Both the position numbers and the translations under genes were made by a program. The notes beneath the pieces were generated by a model. That model searched no databases. It saw only the letters and a list, made by a program, of their open reading frames with translations, and was not told where the DNA came from. Of a stretch of DNA of 64,000 nucleotides, positions 41,561-55,527 are shown one piece after another; position 1 is the stretch's first letter; every line of letters begins with the position of its first letter. Origin of the DNA: Camelus ferus (lineage: Eukaryota); the NCBI RefSeq assembly GCF_009834535.1, contig NC_045697.1, positions 64,420,001-64,484,000 on the forward strand, given 5' to 3'.

Positions 41561-41668
41561 CAAGGCCATATAAGTTAACATTTAAGCCAGAATACTTCTG
41601 AGTGAAACGGGCACTATTAGTAATCACTTCGGGGCAGTAGGCAACAACAAGGATGAATAGTCACCCCG
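41561..41668. mobile_element. MER81-like hAT-Blackjack MITE within a MIR (about 41490-41830)
   Basis: gagtgaaacgggcactattagtaatcac...tagtcaccc, flanked by cctataag/cctataga. The MIR core acaaatgaggaaattaaagttcagaga follows. Confidence 0.65.
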
Positions 41669-44099
41669 CCTATAGAGAGAAAGTTTTCCTGACTAACACA
41701 CCCCAGGATGATTTCTTCTTTCTCTTCAATTATTACCTGATCTACAAATGAGGAAATTAAAGTTCAGAGAGACAACAGAACTTACCTAAATCACACATTT
41801 ATTAAGCATATGAGTTGGTATTCAAACTCAGAACATAGGAAGAAGGAGACTACCATTATTACAAGTGAAGAAAATATGATCACTTCAGAACAAAACCATA
41901 GCATTATCATCATTGGTTAAATGTACATGTGAATGTCTAATTGACAATTGACATTCACATGTCTAAAAAGACACATAAGTCTAGAACATATGTCTAAAAA
42001 GATACATAAGCAAACTGCTAACAATGCCTACTTAGGGAAAATGAGTAGTGGGAGATAGAGAGGCGTTCATATTATGATGTATATATTTCTACATTGCCCA
42101 TTACTGCACAAGCCACCTCCCCATGATCTCCACATTCAGACCATTAGCACCCATTATTTTACTTAAGTTAATGGGCCTAAAAGTATTACAGATATAAAAA
42201 TAAGTTTGAACACATCCATGACATCCTGCTTTGAAAGTATTTATAAGAATTACACTGATTTCAAGTTTATCTTAACTTGAGCCAAGTTAAATAAAAACCT
42301 TTAAAAACTTTTAATTGTATAATTAAATCACTGAAAGTATATTTATATATTGGTGAGAATTTAAAAACTATATTGTATTAAATACTTTAAAATGCCATTA
42401 ATTAAACAATAGGCTGTGCTTTTCAAATCTAATTGAGATTTTATCCTTTTTTATTGCTTTAGTAGAATTTTGCTTTAGATAAATGAAGTGATTAGTTTAA
42501 TAAATTACTAAGCTCATATGTTTGTATAGAAACACAGAAAAAGGTTCACAGTGATAAGGTGATCCATATTACTGTAACTGAAAGAAATTAAAGCCCTTTT
42601 TAAGTCAAGCTTGATATTCATGAATTCCATACCTCAGAGACTCATCTAAATTACGACAGACTCCTTGTTAAAAGTATATTGAAAAATTTACAGTATTGGA
42701 GGAGAATATTTTGTGCTTAAAAAAAATCTACGTAAAATTTTGAATCTCAAGTGTCCTTTCCATAAAATACAAATCCCAGATAAGATAACCAAAGCAATCA
42801 CATAATTTAAGTCTACTTTTCTATGCAGGGATAAAAAGGGATAGTTCCTTAAAAAGGTTCATTGGTAACTCAACTCAACTAGAGTTATAGCTACTTGTGC
42901 ACTTTCTGTAGGATTGAGAGTACTTAATCTTTTCCTACTACCCAATAGCTACACAGCAACTACTTTGGTAACTGGAAGCTATCACGTTGCAAGTGAAAAA
43001 TTGATAGAAATTGTATATGTATTTGTGTTTGAGACATAGACTCTAATCCAATCAAGATCGATGGAATTAGGAAACTCACTCTCCAAGAAGGATTAATCAA
43101 ATTTTTAACTGAATTAATCCAAGAAAAATTGTAATTTCAAAGGACTAAGTTTTAAAAAAAAGCTATTTTTTCTTAATAAATGAAAAAGCATGAACATGTG
43201 TTAATCCAGATTTGGAAGCTTTTACCATAAAACAACAAATTTGAAATGCAACTTTAATAGCAAACATGCAACGTGTTTGCCTTATATTGTATCTGCAATT
43301 GTGGTGCAGTTGTAATGTGATGAGCATATAATTCCCTTACACATATGCAGGCAAACAGGGCTCATGTATGAAAAGGGACTCACTCAGCACAGAAAAAGAG
43401 AAGTTTCAAATGACATTAATACCAATCAGTACTAGTCCTTCGATCAATAAGAGAGACTATAAAGACAGAGCCATAGTGTAGTATACTGAGATTAGATAAC
43501 GCCTTGTTGACATTTCTTTAGGATGAGTCCACTTTAAATACGGTTAGAGTTGAGAGACATTTCTCAGAAGAAGCTTTCTTCTTTAAAGTTATATGTGACT
43601 CCAAAGCCAAAAGACTTTTCTTAATGCTTTATTTAATAACTCCAAATGCTCTAACAACAGTTTTTAGAATATTTTTTCACCAAAGAGTTTCAGCATATGA
43701 TGTACAAATTATCCATTTAATCTTCTTGTAATTTATTTAATATATATTATTTCAGTTTGTAAAAAAAAAAAAGCTTTGTAGCATTTGGATGTTATAATAT
43801 ATTACATACTATTGTGATGGTAGCATTTGGCCAGTTTATTTGGCAGCTATGAGTTTCTCTTTTCATAAATATTTCTCTATTCCACAACTACATATAAATT
43901 GGGAGGAAGAAGATAAAAGATTAAGATGAAAAAGAGAAGGAAAGAGAGCTGGAGGAAGAGGAGGAAAAGGAGAAAGAAGGAGAAAGGTAAAGAGAAGGGT
44001 AAAGGATAGGGAAAGAGAAGAGAAGAGATTAACATGAACTCTGATAATCATAGCACTTCATTAGTTAAGCTTTCTTAGTCTTCTTAATAGAAACTACTT

Positions 44100-44720
44100 A
44101 CTGTGTGGTCCAGGGCAATAGGAATGTACTAGAAGAGGTCTAAAACCTCTGTCCCAGTCTTATTTCAGATAGTAGTAAATATTCCAATCTTGAGAAAATC
44201 ACTTAATATGTCTAATTTTCAATATAAAAGGCATATATTTATAAACTCATATAATATTTATATATTAATACTTATACTTCTATATCTTTATATAAATGCA
44301 TAAATATTTTATTTCTCATATATAAAATATAATATGTATATTTCTTATATAGTAAATATTTATTAAATGTATATTTAAGAATTAACATTTTAAAAATAAC
44401 AGAGTCACAAATTTTTGCCATATATGCAGATTTTTAAAGAAACATTTACTCACAATCTCTTGGAGGAAAAAAAAGTTTTGCTTTAATCAAGGAAAAGTAC
44501 AATTTAATTAGTCAAGTCTATATTGTCACTGTTAACACACTGGGATCTGTGGATTTTGGTTACTGTGGTTGGAATTCTGGTTCTAGCATTACACGCTTTG
44601 AGCTCTTGGGATGGTTACCTTAAACTTTCTGAACTTCAATTTTATCCATCTCTAAAGTGGAGATAAAACTCCACCAATCTTAAAGGGCTATTAGAGCATT
44701 GAATATAGAGAGCATGTAAA
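44100..44720. mobile_element. Two MIR fragments separated by AT-rich sequence
   Basis: cttgagaaaatcacttaat; ggttaccttaaactttctgaacttcaattttatccatctctaaagtggagataa. Confidence 0.6.
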
Positions 44721-46989
44721 TAACATATAATTATATACATAAACAAATGGAGATGTCATGCAATTAATCATTTTTGTATTGGTATTTATTATAAAATACA
44801 TGAACAGAACAGTCTAAAGGAAAGAAAGAATACATGCTAATAGATTTTACTGATAAAAGTTTGAATTCTAATTATTTTTAAAATTGATAGATAGCTATTA
44901 GTGACTTTTTATGTAGCATAGTAGAATAAATCTCATCATTATTTTGGAAAAAAATATGGTAGATGTAATGAAAACAAATTATTTTGCAAGTATTTGTCCT
45001 TGGCTTTAAACTTTAAGCTTAAAAATGTGTAGTCTTTGAATCAGGTGAATCTCTCTTGCCCCCTTCACTGTATAATCTATCACTCAGTACAGTGTCAGCT
45101 ATATACTGAACTTGAATCATTACTGATTTTGATGATGGTGCAGATGAAAGAATGACTAAAAAAACTATGTTCAGTGGTACGATGAGACAGAAAAAAATAG
45201 AAAGATTTTGGTAAGAATGGAAAAAGGAAAAAAAGTAAGAGAGCTGTTTTGTGTGTGATTTACTGCAACTGATTACATAGAAGGTGAAAGTTGCTCTAGT
45301 CTCTGGCATTTAATGTTTTTTAAGAGAGCCTGCCCTGCCTTGGAAATGTCTGCACTGATACATGGCAAAGCAGTGGGGAGGATACTGGAGTCAGAGGACT
45401 CACTTTCCTTCATTCTGTAATTGCAGTATTAACTGCTGTGCTTCCAGAAATGAGAGCAAGGGAGAGAGAAGGGAAGATAGATAGCTCCTTGATGTATCCC
45501 TGCTGTGGCTAAATGACTGTACACTTTGGAAAAAAAGTGAATAATCTGGTTTCAAAAAATCCTCACCCAAACTTGATCTGAAGCTAAGTATTTTTAAAAG
45601 TGACAGTTTGGGGTTAACTTATTTCTTTTGATAACCCTACCCTCTGCCCTACTTTCTAGTTGAAACTAAAGGTCATCTTGCCAAAAAAAAAAAAAAAAAA
45701 AAATCACATTGTGATATTTCCAGTCAAAATTAAAGTGAAAATTGCAACCAGTCTCACAGGAACCCCTGAAGGAGTAAGGCTTTTTGTTTCTTTTAAAAAC
45801 AACATGTTTAGAGGATCTTCAAATTTTTAAAATTAAAATTAATTTTTAAATCACAAAAAATTCTTACCTATATCTCAAATTATCTGAAGAGACTTCTACC
45901 ACTACTCAAAAGTCCTATAATTTTTAGGAAAATAAAGGTAGAATGCAATTTAAGATAGTATTTTTAAAAAGACTTTTTTCATGTAACTGGGGAAAAATGA
46001 TAATACTAAGATGGGTTTCATGATTTGTGAACTGAGTGAGAGCTGTTATCCTCACATGATTGTGGTAGCATGCTGTAATGGTGAGTATGTGGGCAGGTTA
46101 AGAAATGATATTAGTAAATCTATAAATTATCCAGTTGTCTTTCTTTTGCTGCCAGTAATTGCATTTTTTTTTTAAAGAAAAGTTTAAAGTTCTGAATTTG
46201 GTGACTATAACCACCTAGTTAAAGTGAAATTTGTTTTACTTAAATAACTGGGAGGAAGCACTGTAATTAAATTATACTTAACTCCAGCTTTTGTAAGTTA
46301 ACCAATGTTATTTTGTTCAATTGACCAAAATTTTATATGCATACTCATAGTTTTATACTTATAAGGAGTTATAGGTAGTAGTAATCTCTCCTAGTTCCAT
46401 TAAACTGTTTCATATTAAAATGAAAAACAAGTTGTTTATATCAATCAGCCCCCTCCCTCAGTGTGCCAGCCTTATTTTTTCCTTATTTCTAGCTAGCATG
46501 GACAACTAAGATTTTCCTTACAGTCAGCATCAACTAAATTCCTTCTCTAGATAGATTCATCATTCTTCTTAGACTCTTAACCCTGTGCTAAGACCAGATG
46601 ATCTCTCAGGTTATCTCTGCTCTCCCACTTCTAAAATTAGAAACAAAATTTAAAAAAAAGCAATGTCTCATCTTAGTGCTGGTAATGATATGTGTAGCTA
46701 AAAAGGCTTGGGTATTGGTTTTACTCCCACCACCTCTTTACCCTGAGAAGAACCAACAGAACTACTGATACCGGCCAGTAGGATTTGTTTCATGAAGACA
46801 TCACCTTGTCTATCAGTCCAGCTTGCCTGGCAGGGGCTGTCAGTCAACCACTTGGCTATGTGACTAGTGTCTCTGCTGGCTTCCCATTGCCTATTTGATG
46901 GGATTTAGGGTGATAGCCCAAATGGAACTACTTCTTATGCCTCTGTGACTTGTTGCCACACTTCTTGTTCAATCTTTTCCTCTGACTCA

Positions 46990-47280
46990 TACACACAGAC
47001 TCACATACATAGTAAACAAATTTGTGATTACAGGGGGTAAAGCCAGTAAAGCCAGCGGGAAGGGATGGATTGGGAATTAGACGTTTGCAGATATTAACAA
47101 CTGTGTATGGGATAGATCGATAGCCAGTTTCTTCTGTGCAGCATGGAGAACTATGGTAGCCTATAGTGGGAAAGAATGTGGAAACAAATACATGTATGTA
47201 TATGTGTGACTGAAGCATTATACTATACACCAGAGATTGACACATTGTGAACTGACTATACTTGAATTTAAAAAAAAAAA
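46990..47280 (+). mobile_element. Lineage-specific LINE-1 3' UTR fragment with A-tail
   Basis: cagactcacatacatagtaaacaa...tacaccagagattgacacattgtgaactgactatacttgaattt plus A-run. Homologous to 29335-29805. Confidence 0.88.
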
Positions 47281-47451
47281 GAATTCTAAATGGTATTTAC
47301 TATTAAAACCAGATTTCACACAGGAGGAAGGAAATAAAGGCTCAGGAGGCTCCATGACTTGCCCTGGATCCCAGAGTGTGTACACAGCACTGCTAGGAGT
47401 GAAGCCCAGATCAGAGTCAATTACTGAGTGAGGACTTTCTCTATGTATATA

Positions 47452-47819
47452 TATGAAAATAAAACCAAAATTGCCAGATACTCTGATTTTTTAATTTAAT
47501 GAAATTGTTTCTATGACTTAATATAGATTTCAATTTTCTTCAGTGTTATACTGGAAAATTATATAATTATATAATATATTAACATTTATTAATTAATATT
47601 TAAAGATTAATTAATTTAATTATATATTAATATAAAACATATAATTATATATTAATTAAAAGATGAATTAACCAAATATACACTAAGCCTCGCATGCTGG
47701 AAAGAACACACACTTTCCAGTATAACACTGAAGAAAGTTGAAATCTATATTAAGCCACAGCAGCAAGTTCATTAAATTAAAAAAGCAGACTATTTGGCAA
47801 ATTTGGTGTTATTTCCACA
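47452..47819. repeat. 106-bp ungapped inverted repeat with 156-bp spacer
   Basis: Arms 47452-47557 and 47714-47819 match at 93/106 positions by manual alignment. Confidence 0.95.
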
Positions 47820-50800
47820 ATGCTAAAGACACAGTTGAAAAATGTAGTAATAAAAGCTTACAGGAAATAACCAAACATTTGGATTATGTTCTTTAAAAAT
47901 ATACTTAAATTTTGTATCAAATGTTCCAACCCATCTTATCATGAGCAGCAGATAGAGTATGAATTCTTTTCTCAAGAGGCTTCTCAGCCCCCAAGCAAAC
48001 ATGCTTTCGGAGACCCTGGAGCACCAGGCCACTAGGCAAATTCACTTCTGTATAGATCTCTCTTAGTAGACCCAAGCTGAGTCCCTTGTTATGTTTTCTT
48101 CCTCCCAAATTTTGAAAACTTCCAGCCAAGTTCTCTCTCAGTCCCACAATTCCCTTGAGGGAAAACAGAGAGCTGGCTAAGGCTAAGCTTTCAGGGCACT
48201 CTGGTAAATTTCTTAGACCTGCTTCCAGGGAATGATTCTATCATATCCAACAGTGTCTGTCCTGTGATCCATTTCCCAAAAACCTTAGGGCAGCCCTATT
48301 TTCAATTAATAGTCTTTAAAAAAAAAAAAAAAAAAAAACAGAAAACTTTCATCAGCCCAGTAGTGCTTCCTGGAGAAAGAGGGAGAAGAGGGAAAAAAAG
48401 GGAGTGGTGCTCCTCTTATAGAATGGCCAGCATTTTATTTATCCAAGGTCACTAACAGAAATAATGATATTTACTACAATTTATATTTAATAAAGTAGAG
48501 AAGAAATAATGCCAAAAATAGGTTAAATATATTTAGCTTTAGGAAACAAATTTCTTTTTCTCATTTTGCTAAAAATTATTGAAATCTTTGTTCTAAACCA
48601 GTTTTCTTGGATCAGAGTTTAGAAAACACCAATTTCTTTTATGGATTTAATGAGAGAAAAGACAGCCACAAGTTCAAACTGAAATGCAAGACAAAATTCA
48701 TGGGTGAGGTTAGAAACTACTACTGTACATAGATAGAAATAACAAAATACCAACACAAAAGAGATATGGAACAAAAGTTCTCTAGCAACTGGTCTTACAT
48801 AATACTTGGACATAGCTTAGTTAAATGCCTCACTCGATTTAATAGAAAGTGGCCATCCTAAATTGTATTCCATTTAAAATGATACAACATTATACATTTA
48901 AACTTCATGAAGCTGGTTATACAAATAGACGGGTGCTGAGCTACATAGGTTGTGGTTAGAAAAGCTATAGAACAAGAACAAATATGTTTGTCCAGCATTG
49001 TTCTCATCAGAGCCAGTTATGTCTTACCTGACACTATAGACATATGGTGGAGCATGAATGATTCCCCATATCCTATTTAAGGATGAATAAAAATAGTCAA
49101 GTTTTGGGTTTTTTTTTTTTGCTGTGATTCCAAGCAATTTGATTCCCTTTTCAAGAAAATTAAAAAACCAAAAGGTACTGTGTATAATAAGAAAATGTTT
49201 TCCTGAATTAAGATTAGTAAATTGTCCTTAGGAATCTGGTTAGCCTCATTTGCTCACTCTGATAATCCCTGAGCAAACTGATAAAATAAAATTTCCAAAT
49301 ATACAAAACCTACAATCAGAGTCAATCCTCCAGGCACAGTCCCCTCAGGAGATCTAAGGGAAACATCTTACACTCAAGTGTGTTCTATTTCAAAAGAGTT
49401 TTTACCAGATTTTGCAGAAAAGATTGCCTTATTACTTCATATCATAAATCATGTTACCCCACTTACAGAATGAGTCAAGGGCCTTTTGCCCTTAGTCTTA
49501 AAATAGATATAAGAGAATAAACATATTAAATTATTTTCAATCATTCGTTTGATTAAATTTATGATGTTTAACACTATAATATTATGCAACTATTCTATTC
49601 AGGTTATAGGAGTTAGTACATATGTGTATGTTACATATATATTAACTAATCAGGTTTCCCTATTAGACTCACAGTCAGGTAAGGATGTGAATGCTTATGG
49701 CTGTTTATCACATGCTAATTCAAATGCAAAATGTAAAAAGCTTCCTTTTTTGTCAAATACTAGGCACCTCATTGAAGTATCAATTAGAATATGGTTCTAA
49801 GTACCTATTGAAAGTTAATTTTTGGTATTTACAGCCATTATAATTAAAGCACTCTGGAACATAAAAGTTAATTGAATGTAAGAAAAACTAGTCAAATTAC
49901 ATAAATGTAGAAATTGTACAAATCTCAGCGAAGTGCTATTAACCACTCTTATTTCAATAAAAATAAGGAAAGATTAAGGCTTTGATGCTTTTTAAAAAGT
50001 GACATCCCATGAAGCAATTCAGCTTCACAAGTATTTTTTTTCAAAATTCAAATTCTTAGGTCTCCAAAGTGGTATCATTTTCCATAATCACTTTATTTCT
50101 ACACAGGATAAGTATACTTCTGTGTGGACAAAGTTGACATAAATACTCAGATTTATTTTAGCTTGAATTCTCATTCATATGGGATTCTAAATTTTTATAT
50201 ACATGAGAAGTTTCTGTCATAATATTCATTTTTTAACTGAAGTTGCACTTCATTTGATTGGCATTAGATTTGTTGACAAAGCTGAGCCAACAGTTCCAAT
50301 TGGGAAATGGAAAAGGTTAAATTTTTAGATAATCAGAAAGCTTTCTCTAGACAATTTAGTCAATAGCCACAATTTATGATGCAAACCTAAGTGTCTTTAG
50401 TTTTGCCTTGTTAATTCCTCATTTACAGAATACACTTTGATGGTTTCCTCCCACGAGACTATTTAAAGACATGGAACAGCAAACAGAAGAGTCTGTGTCC
50501 TTATCCCCAAATCAATTAAAATCCAAAGCTTGTTTAAATGGGAACATTATCTATTCTTTGGGTTTTAAAAATTCTCAGTTGAATTCCAATCCTCATTCCA
50601 CCTCATTCTCCATCACAGTCCAATGTGCTTTATTTACTTTGGTAACTAGGAAAGACACAGCTCTTGCTGCAGTGTTCAGAAATTACTCTGCATGAAAAGA
50701 CAGAAAAAACAAAATTATGAGAGCCCTGTAAATTATGTGGGGTAGCTTTATATATTTTTCTAATCAGATGACTTCCCAGACACAATAATGAACCTCAAAC

Positions 50801-53800
50801 ATCCAATCAATTTAAACTAACCATTCTTATATAATCTAATTCTCAAGTTACAAAATTTATAACATGAGTAACATAAAAAAGGGAGAAAGTATCAAAATGA
50901 TGACTCTGATTTTGAATCTCATACTCCTTTTGTTTTTTATAGGACTATTTCTTACATATACTTCTTTTTCTTAATCATATATAATATGTATATATATTTG
51001 ATATATATAAATCTGAACTGTAATTTTATTTTTCCTATTTTTCAGAGGACTTATTCTTTATCTGGCAATGTATCATATTTCTAGTGTTAAGCTGTATCTC
51101 CCTTCATAATGATCTTCACAGATCTCATTTTCCTTTCTAGTTTTGTCTCATTTGTTTCACACTCTGCCCCCCTTGTAAATTATAATAAACCATCTTTAAA
51201 ATTATGATTTAATCATTCCAAAAATGAAAAAGCTTTACCATAATTAAGGTGAGGCCATGATAAAAAAATACATTTAATAGTCTTACCATGCCATAGTATC
51301 ATAGATTTTTTAAAATTATCTTTTCAGTGAGGATTTTAAATTTCTAACAAATTACTTTTCATGTCTTCTAAAATCTATTTTAATAAAATAAAACTATGCA
51401 GTAGTTTTTGTTCTGAATCTAAATAAATTCAAATTTGAGTAATTATGTGACTTTAAAAATTTTTTTAAATAAGATAATTTTAGATCATCATCAGTTTTTC
51501 TTTTCACTTACTGGCCAGATAATAATTATTCTGCTCTGAACTTTGATCAGTTCTAACAAGGATTCACTACCATTTTATATAACTCTGAGTTTATTTCTTG
51601 TCATATCAAACTGACTATTTTGATCCAAATTGTCAAAATGCTCAATTTGTAGAAAAAACAGTTTTACCTGTTCCAGTTGCTGATTTATCTGACTGGTATT
51701 CATTTTGTTAAGGATGAATTTCCATATGTTTTGACTGTAGATTTCCTCTTGCATTCAATGTTCAATCCCACCCTAGTCATACAAGGATTTAAGGAGGCTT
51801 CTCTGAATGACAAACAAAATCATTTACCTAAGAGCAGTTGTCTTGTCCAGGTTCTAATAGGCTTCCCACTATTACCCCTTTTGCTGTTTTACTTCTTCCA
51901 TTCCTCTCTGAGCAACTTCATACCCTTTGGCTTTGAACCCAGCTGTTCATGCTTTGTGGGTCAGTCTGTTTTGGCTAGTAAAGTAACGTTTCCCATCTAA
52001 TGAACTTCAGGCCCGAAACATCCAAGAAAATCCCATATACAAACAGCCACGTTGATACACCAAGTATTTCTCTCAGGTGAAATCCTAGATTACTGAGATG
52101 AAAGTTGAATTTACAGCAGAAATTTTTATGTACGTATTTTTAAATATTTATAAATGTAATTCAGATACTAAAATCCTAGTTTTTGGTCAATAGAATGAAT
52201 GTGTCACTTTTACAAAATGGAGAAAGTGTCTGAATAATCAGACTTAACTGTATCTCTGGTCAGATTATAAAAGCAGTTACCCTTTTCACTGCATATCCTC
52301 AGCTATTGACCAGGAAGGAAAGGAAGAAAAAAGAGCACCAGGGTAGTCTTGTACTCTGGGTAACATCTTGCTATCACATCTTTCTTTTTCCCATTTCTTA
52401 TTACTGAATATATGTTTAAGAATCACACAAACTGTACTAAAAATTGCCTAGAGGACTGAATCTATCCTCCAGATACTCAAAACATTTGGAACATCTGTCT
52501 TCTTCACAACCTTGAATTAAAATATAAAACATGTTCTATTTACTTAGACTTAGATGCAGTGAAGTTCTTACTGACACCTGGGTTTTGTCCATTATTTGCA
52601 GCAAGCCAGGAAAAAGGAGGTCTTGCCTCATTCCTATAGACCATCATGCTTCCCTAAGTATGTGCACAAGCACACGTGCCCAAGAGCTCATCGATTGTTG
52701 CAATATTTTTCTAGTCTTCTGAGATAGCATCCTTCTATTCTCTAACCAACCAAACCACCATTTCCTCCAGATTCAACTCAATTTCTCCACTATTACAAAT
52801 CTTCAAGCCACATCTCCTAGACCAATTTGAACTCTTAAATCTAACAACGTGACCCTTTCTTTTGCTGATTAACCATATACATCCACATTATATTTCACAT
52901 TTCTTCATATTCAATTTTTATGTAGCAATTATATTGCTATTTAGTACTTTTTGTGTTTGTCTTGAATTTACATGTATATTGTTACTGATATATGTTGAAA
53001 GACTAATAATTTCATGAGTAGTATATTGTATGTACACCACTTACACGTCTATATTACTTTTACTAATTCTATTGCATTCCAGAATGTTTTTCCCTCCTAT
53101 TCAATCATAGAAAGGTATGAACTACATTAGTATGTCCGACTAAGGCTGGCACTCTAACAATATCAAAACAGAACTTTTGATTCAAACTGTATAGGACAGT
53201 TATGTCAAAATAGAGTCCGAAAGTAGGAGTTTAAAAGAAATATTTTAATGAAATCCTTCCTTGGGGGAAATCAGTGATCTATCTTTTCCAAGATGCTGCT
53301 ATGGATGACAATCAATACCTGTGTTTGCGTGTACAGGTGAAAAACTGAAATACGATCAGCAGTTTTTCTATGTGATAAATGTGGAAAGCCAGCTGTCAGA
53401 TAACTGCTGCCTGTGGCCTTATGCATCAACACATTAGTTGCCAAAATGTGTTGTGTAGACACAACATCACATATTTAAAACCTGCATTCTATTTCCATCT
53501 TAAATTTTTATATTTAGATAGCCTGAAATCATCCTCTAACTCATATTGTATAATTTTTTGTCAGTTCAGCAGTCGACACCAATAAGCAATTTGCATTCTT
53601 CTTGGTCAATTTCTTAAGTAATAAAGTATGTAGTATTTTATTTTATGGCTTATTTGATCTCTTAAAGTTCATGTATAAAATGCCCCATAAATCTAATGTT
53701 CAATGTCATATTATTTTACGTTAAATCTACCTACAATAAATGTGGTCATTTAACCTAATTAAGCAAAATACATGTTGTAAAGTAAAAAATAAGCTTTAGA

Positions 53801-55527
53801 ATTCAACTAAAAATGTAACATTCCTTTTTGTTCATATGGAGTCTTTTTTTTTTGCATAAATAATGTATGATAAGAAAGGTACTTTGATTTGCAACATAAT
53901 ACATTACAGTACATATGTCATTATACATCATATAAATAATATAGAAATATATTTAACATATATAATTATATATAGATACATGTATATGAAATCATTACTA
54001 TAATATTTTTATATTTTAAAAACTGATAAGGGCTAAATATCATACAGCCAGCATTCTTTGTTTGTCATGCAGACGACGCACAAATAAATGATATGCCTGC
54101 CTGAGGGTATATCACGATGGGAATTTGGGATAATAAATACAAAGACTAGCCTTGCAATTTTAAAAAGTGTTGGTGATTTATAACAGAAATCTGATACCAA
54201 ATTATTCTCAGAAGTACAACAAAATATAAATTATAGAAACAAGACTTTCTCATTTTATAAAGGACATTTTATTTAATCAATAGTACCTTCTAAAAACAGA
54301 TATCCAAAACTTCAGAAAATGCATAAAAAAAAAAAAAGAAAAACCTCTGGAAGACCCCATTTCTCTCTGAATCTATAACATTATTCTTGTATTCAATGAA
54401 TCAGTTACAGTCAAAACCAAAATGGTTACCTTAGCCAGCTATTTCGCAACCACCTGATAATTCTTCCAGCGGGGACCAGGTGAGTAGGCAAGCCTGACAC
54501 CACGGTTTTAAGGTTTTTAAAAACATACGCTAATACTATGAATTTTTAATAAAAGCATAATTCATTTTGGACTTAATATTTGATAAATCTGTGGGATAAA
54601 TAGGAAAATATGTTGGCACTCTACATAGCTCTTGCTTGTTTCTCTTGTATCAACATTCTCTTTATACATGTATTCAGAACTTACTTTTGGCAAATTAGTG
54701 AAATAGAACAAGCGTGTTTAGGGTATCTTTTATCCTTTTAGAAATGCTGCTGCTACAAAGCCCAGAGCATAGTTGTAATAATTGGACTAAAATATGCTTA
54801 TTTCTTTATTCATTGTTCATTTGTTAAATTACTTAAAAAGAAAATACTCATTCAAATGTCAAGTGCCTTTATGTGATGGTGTTCTAGGTGCTGGTAATTT
54901 TAGAGCAGCACAGGTACAAATGTGGTCTCTTGTGAAGCTCACATTCTACTATAAATCTCATACAGGGAACCTTTGAAGATAGTAAATGACTTCTCAAATC
55001 GAGAAAGTAAAGTGAAACCCGGGATGAGAGATGAAATTGTTATTACAAGCAAAAATTCAAAGTTTGCGGTTTGACTGTCTAGTCTACACATTAATATCGG
55101 TTATACAAATTCTGCTAAATAGAAAAGTCCTTTCTTGAGTATTTGTTTAAGGAGATCCTTAGACTACATTTGTTTTGAGTTATGACATACCAAAGTGCTA
55201 ATAAATTAACAGTTGTATCCATGCCTGTAAGCCGGCAATAATAAAAGAGTATGCTTCAAATCTCAGTTCTAGGGTTCAATTAACCCATCCACATCTTATC
55301 AGGTTGAACTGTTCCAAATCAAGCCTGATAAAAAAAAGAGAAAGGCAAGAAAGAGCCCTAATGCCCTGTTTATGCATAATCTCAGAAGTGAGTTAGCTTT
55401 TTTTAATTTAAGAGGTACTTGAAAATATATAGTAACCATTTCCTACATGCTAAACATTAAGTTTTATCCTAAACATTAAGCAGCATTAGGACCGTGTCAT
55501 TCTCAAGAATAAAATGAAAACAAAAAA

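Noticed and set aside
46690..46960. LTR-like GC-richer patch
   Set aside because: Could not assign a family, termini or TSD.
53271..53480. Possible minus-strand exon
   Set aside because: Stops in all frames from the candidate acceptor, weak polypyrimidine tract, peptide not recognised.
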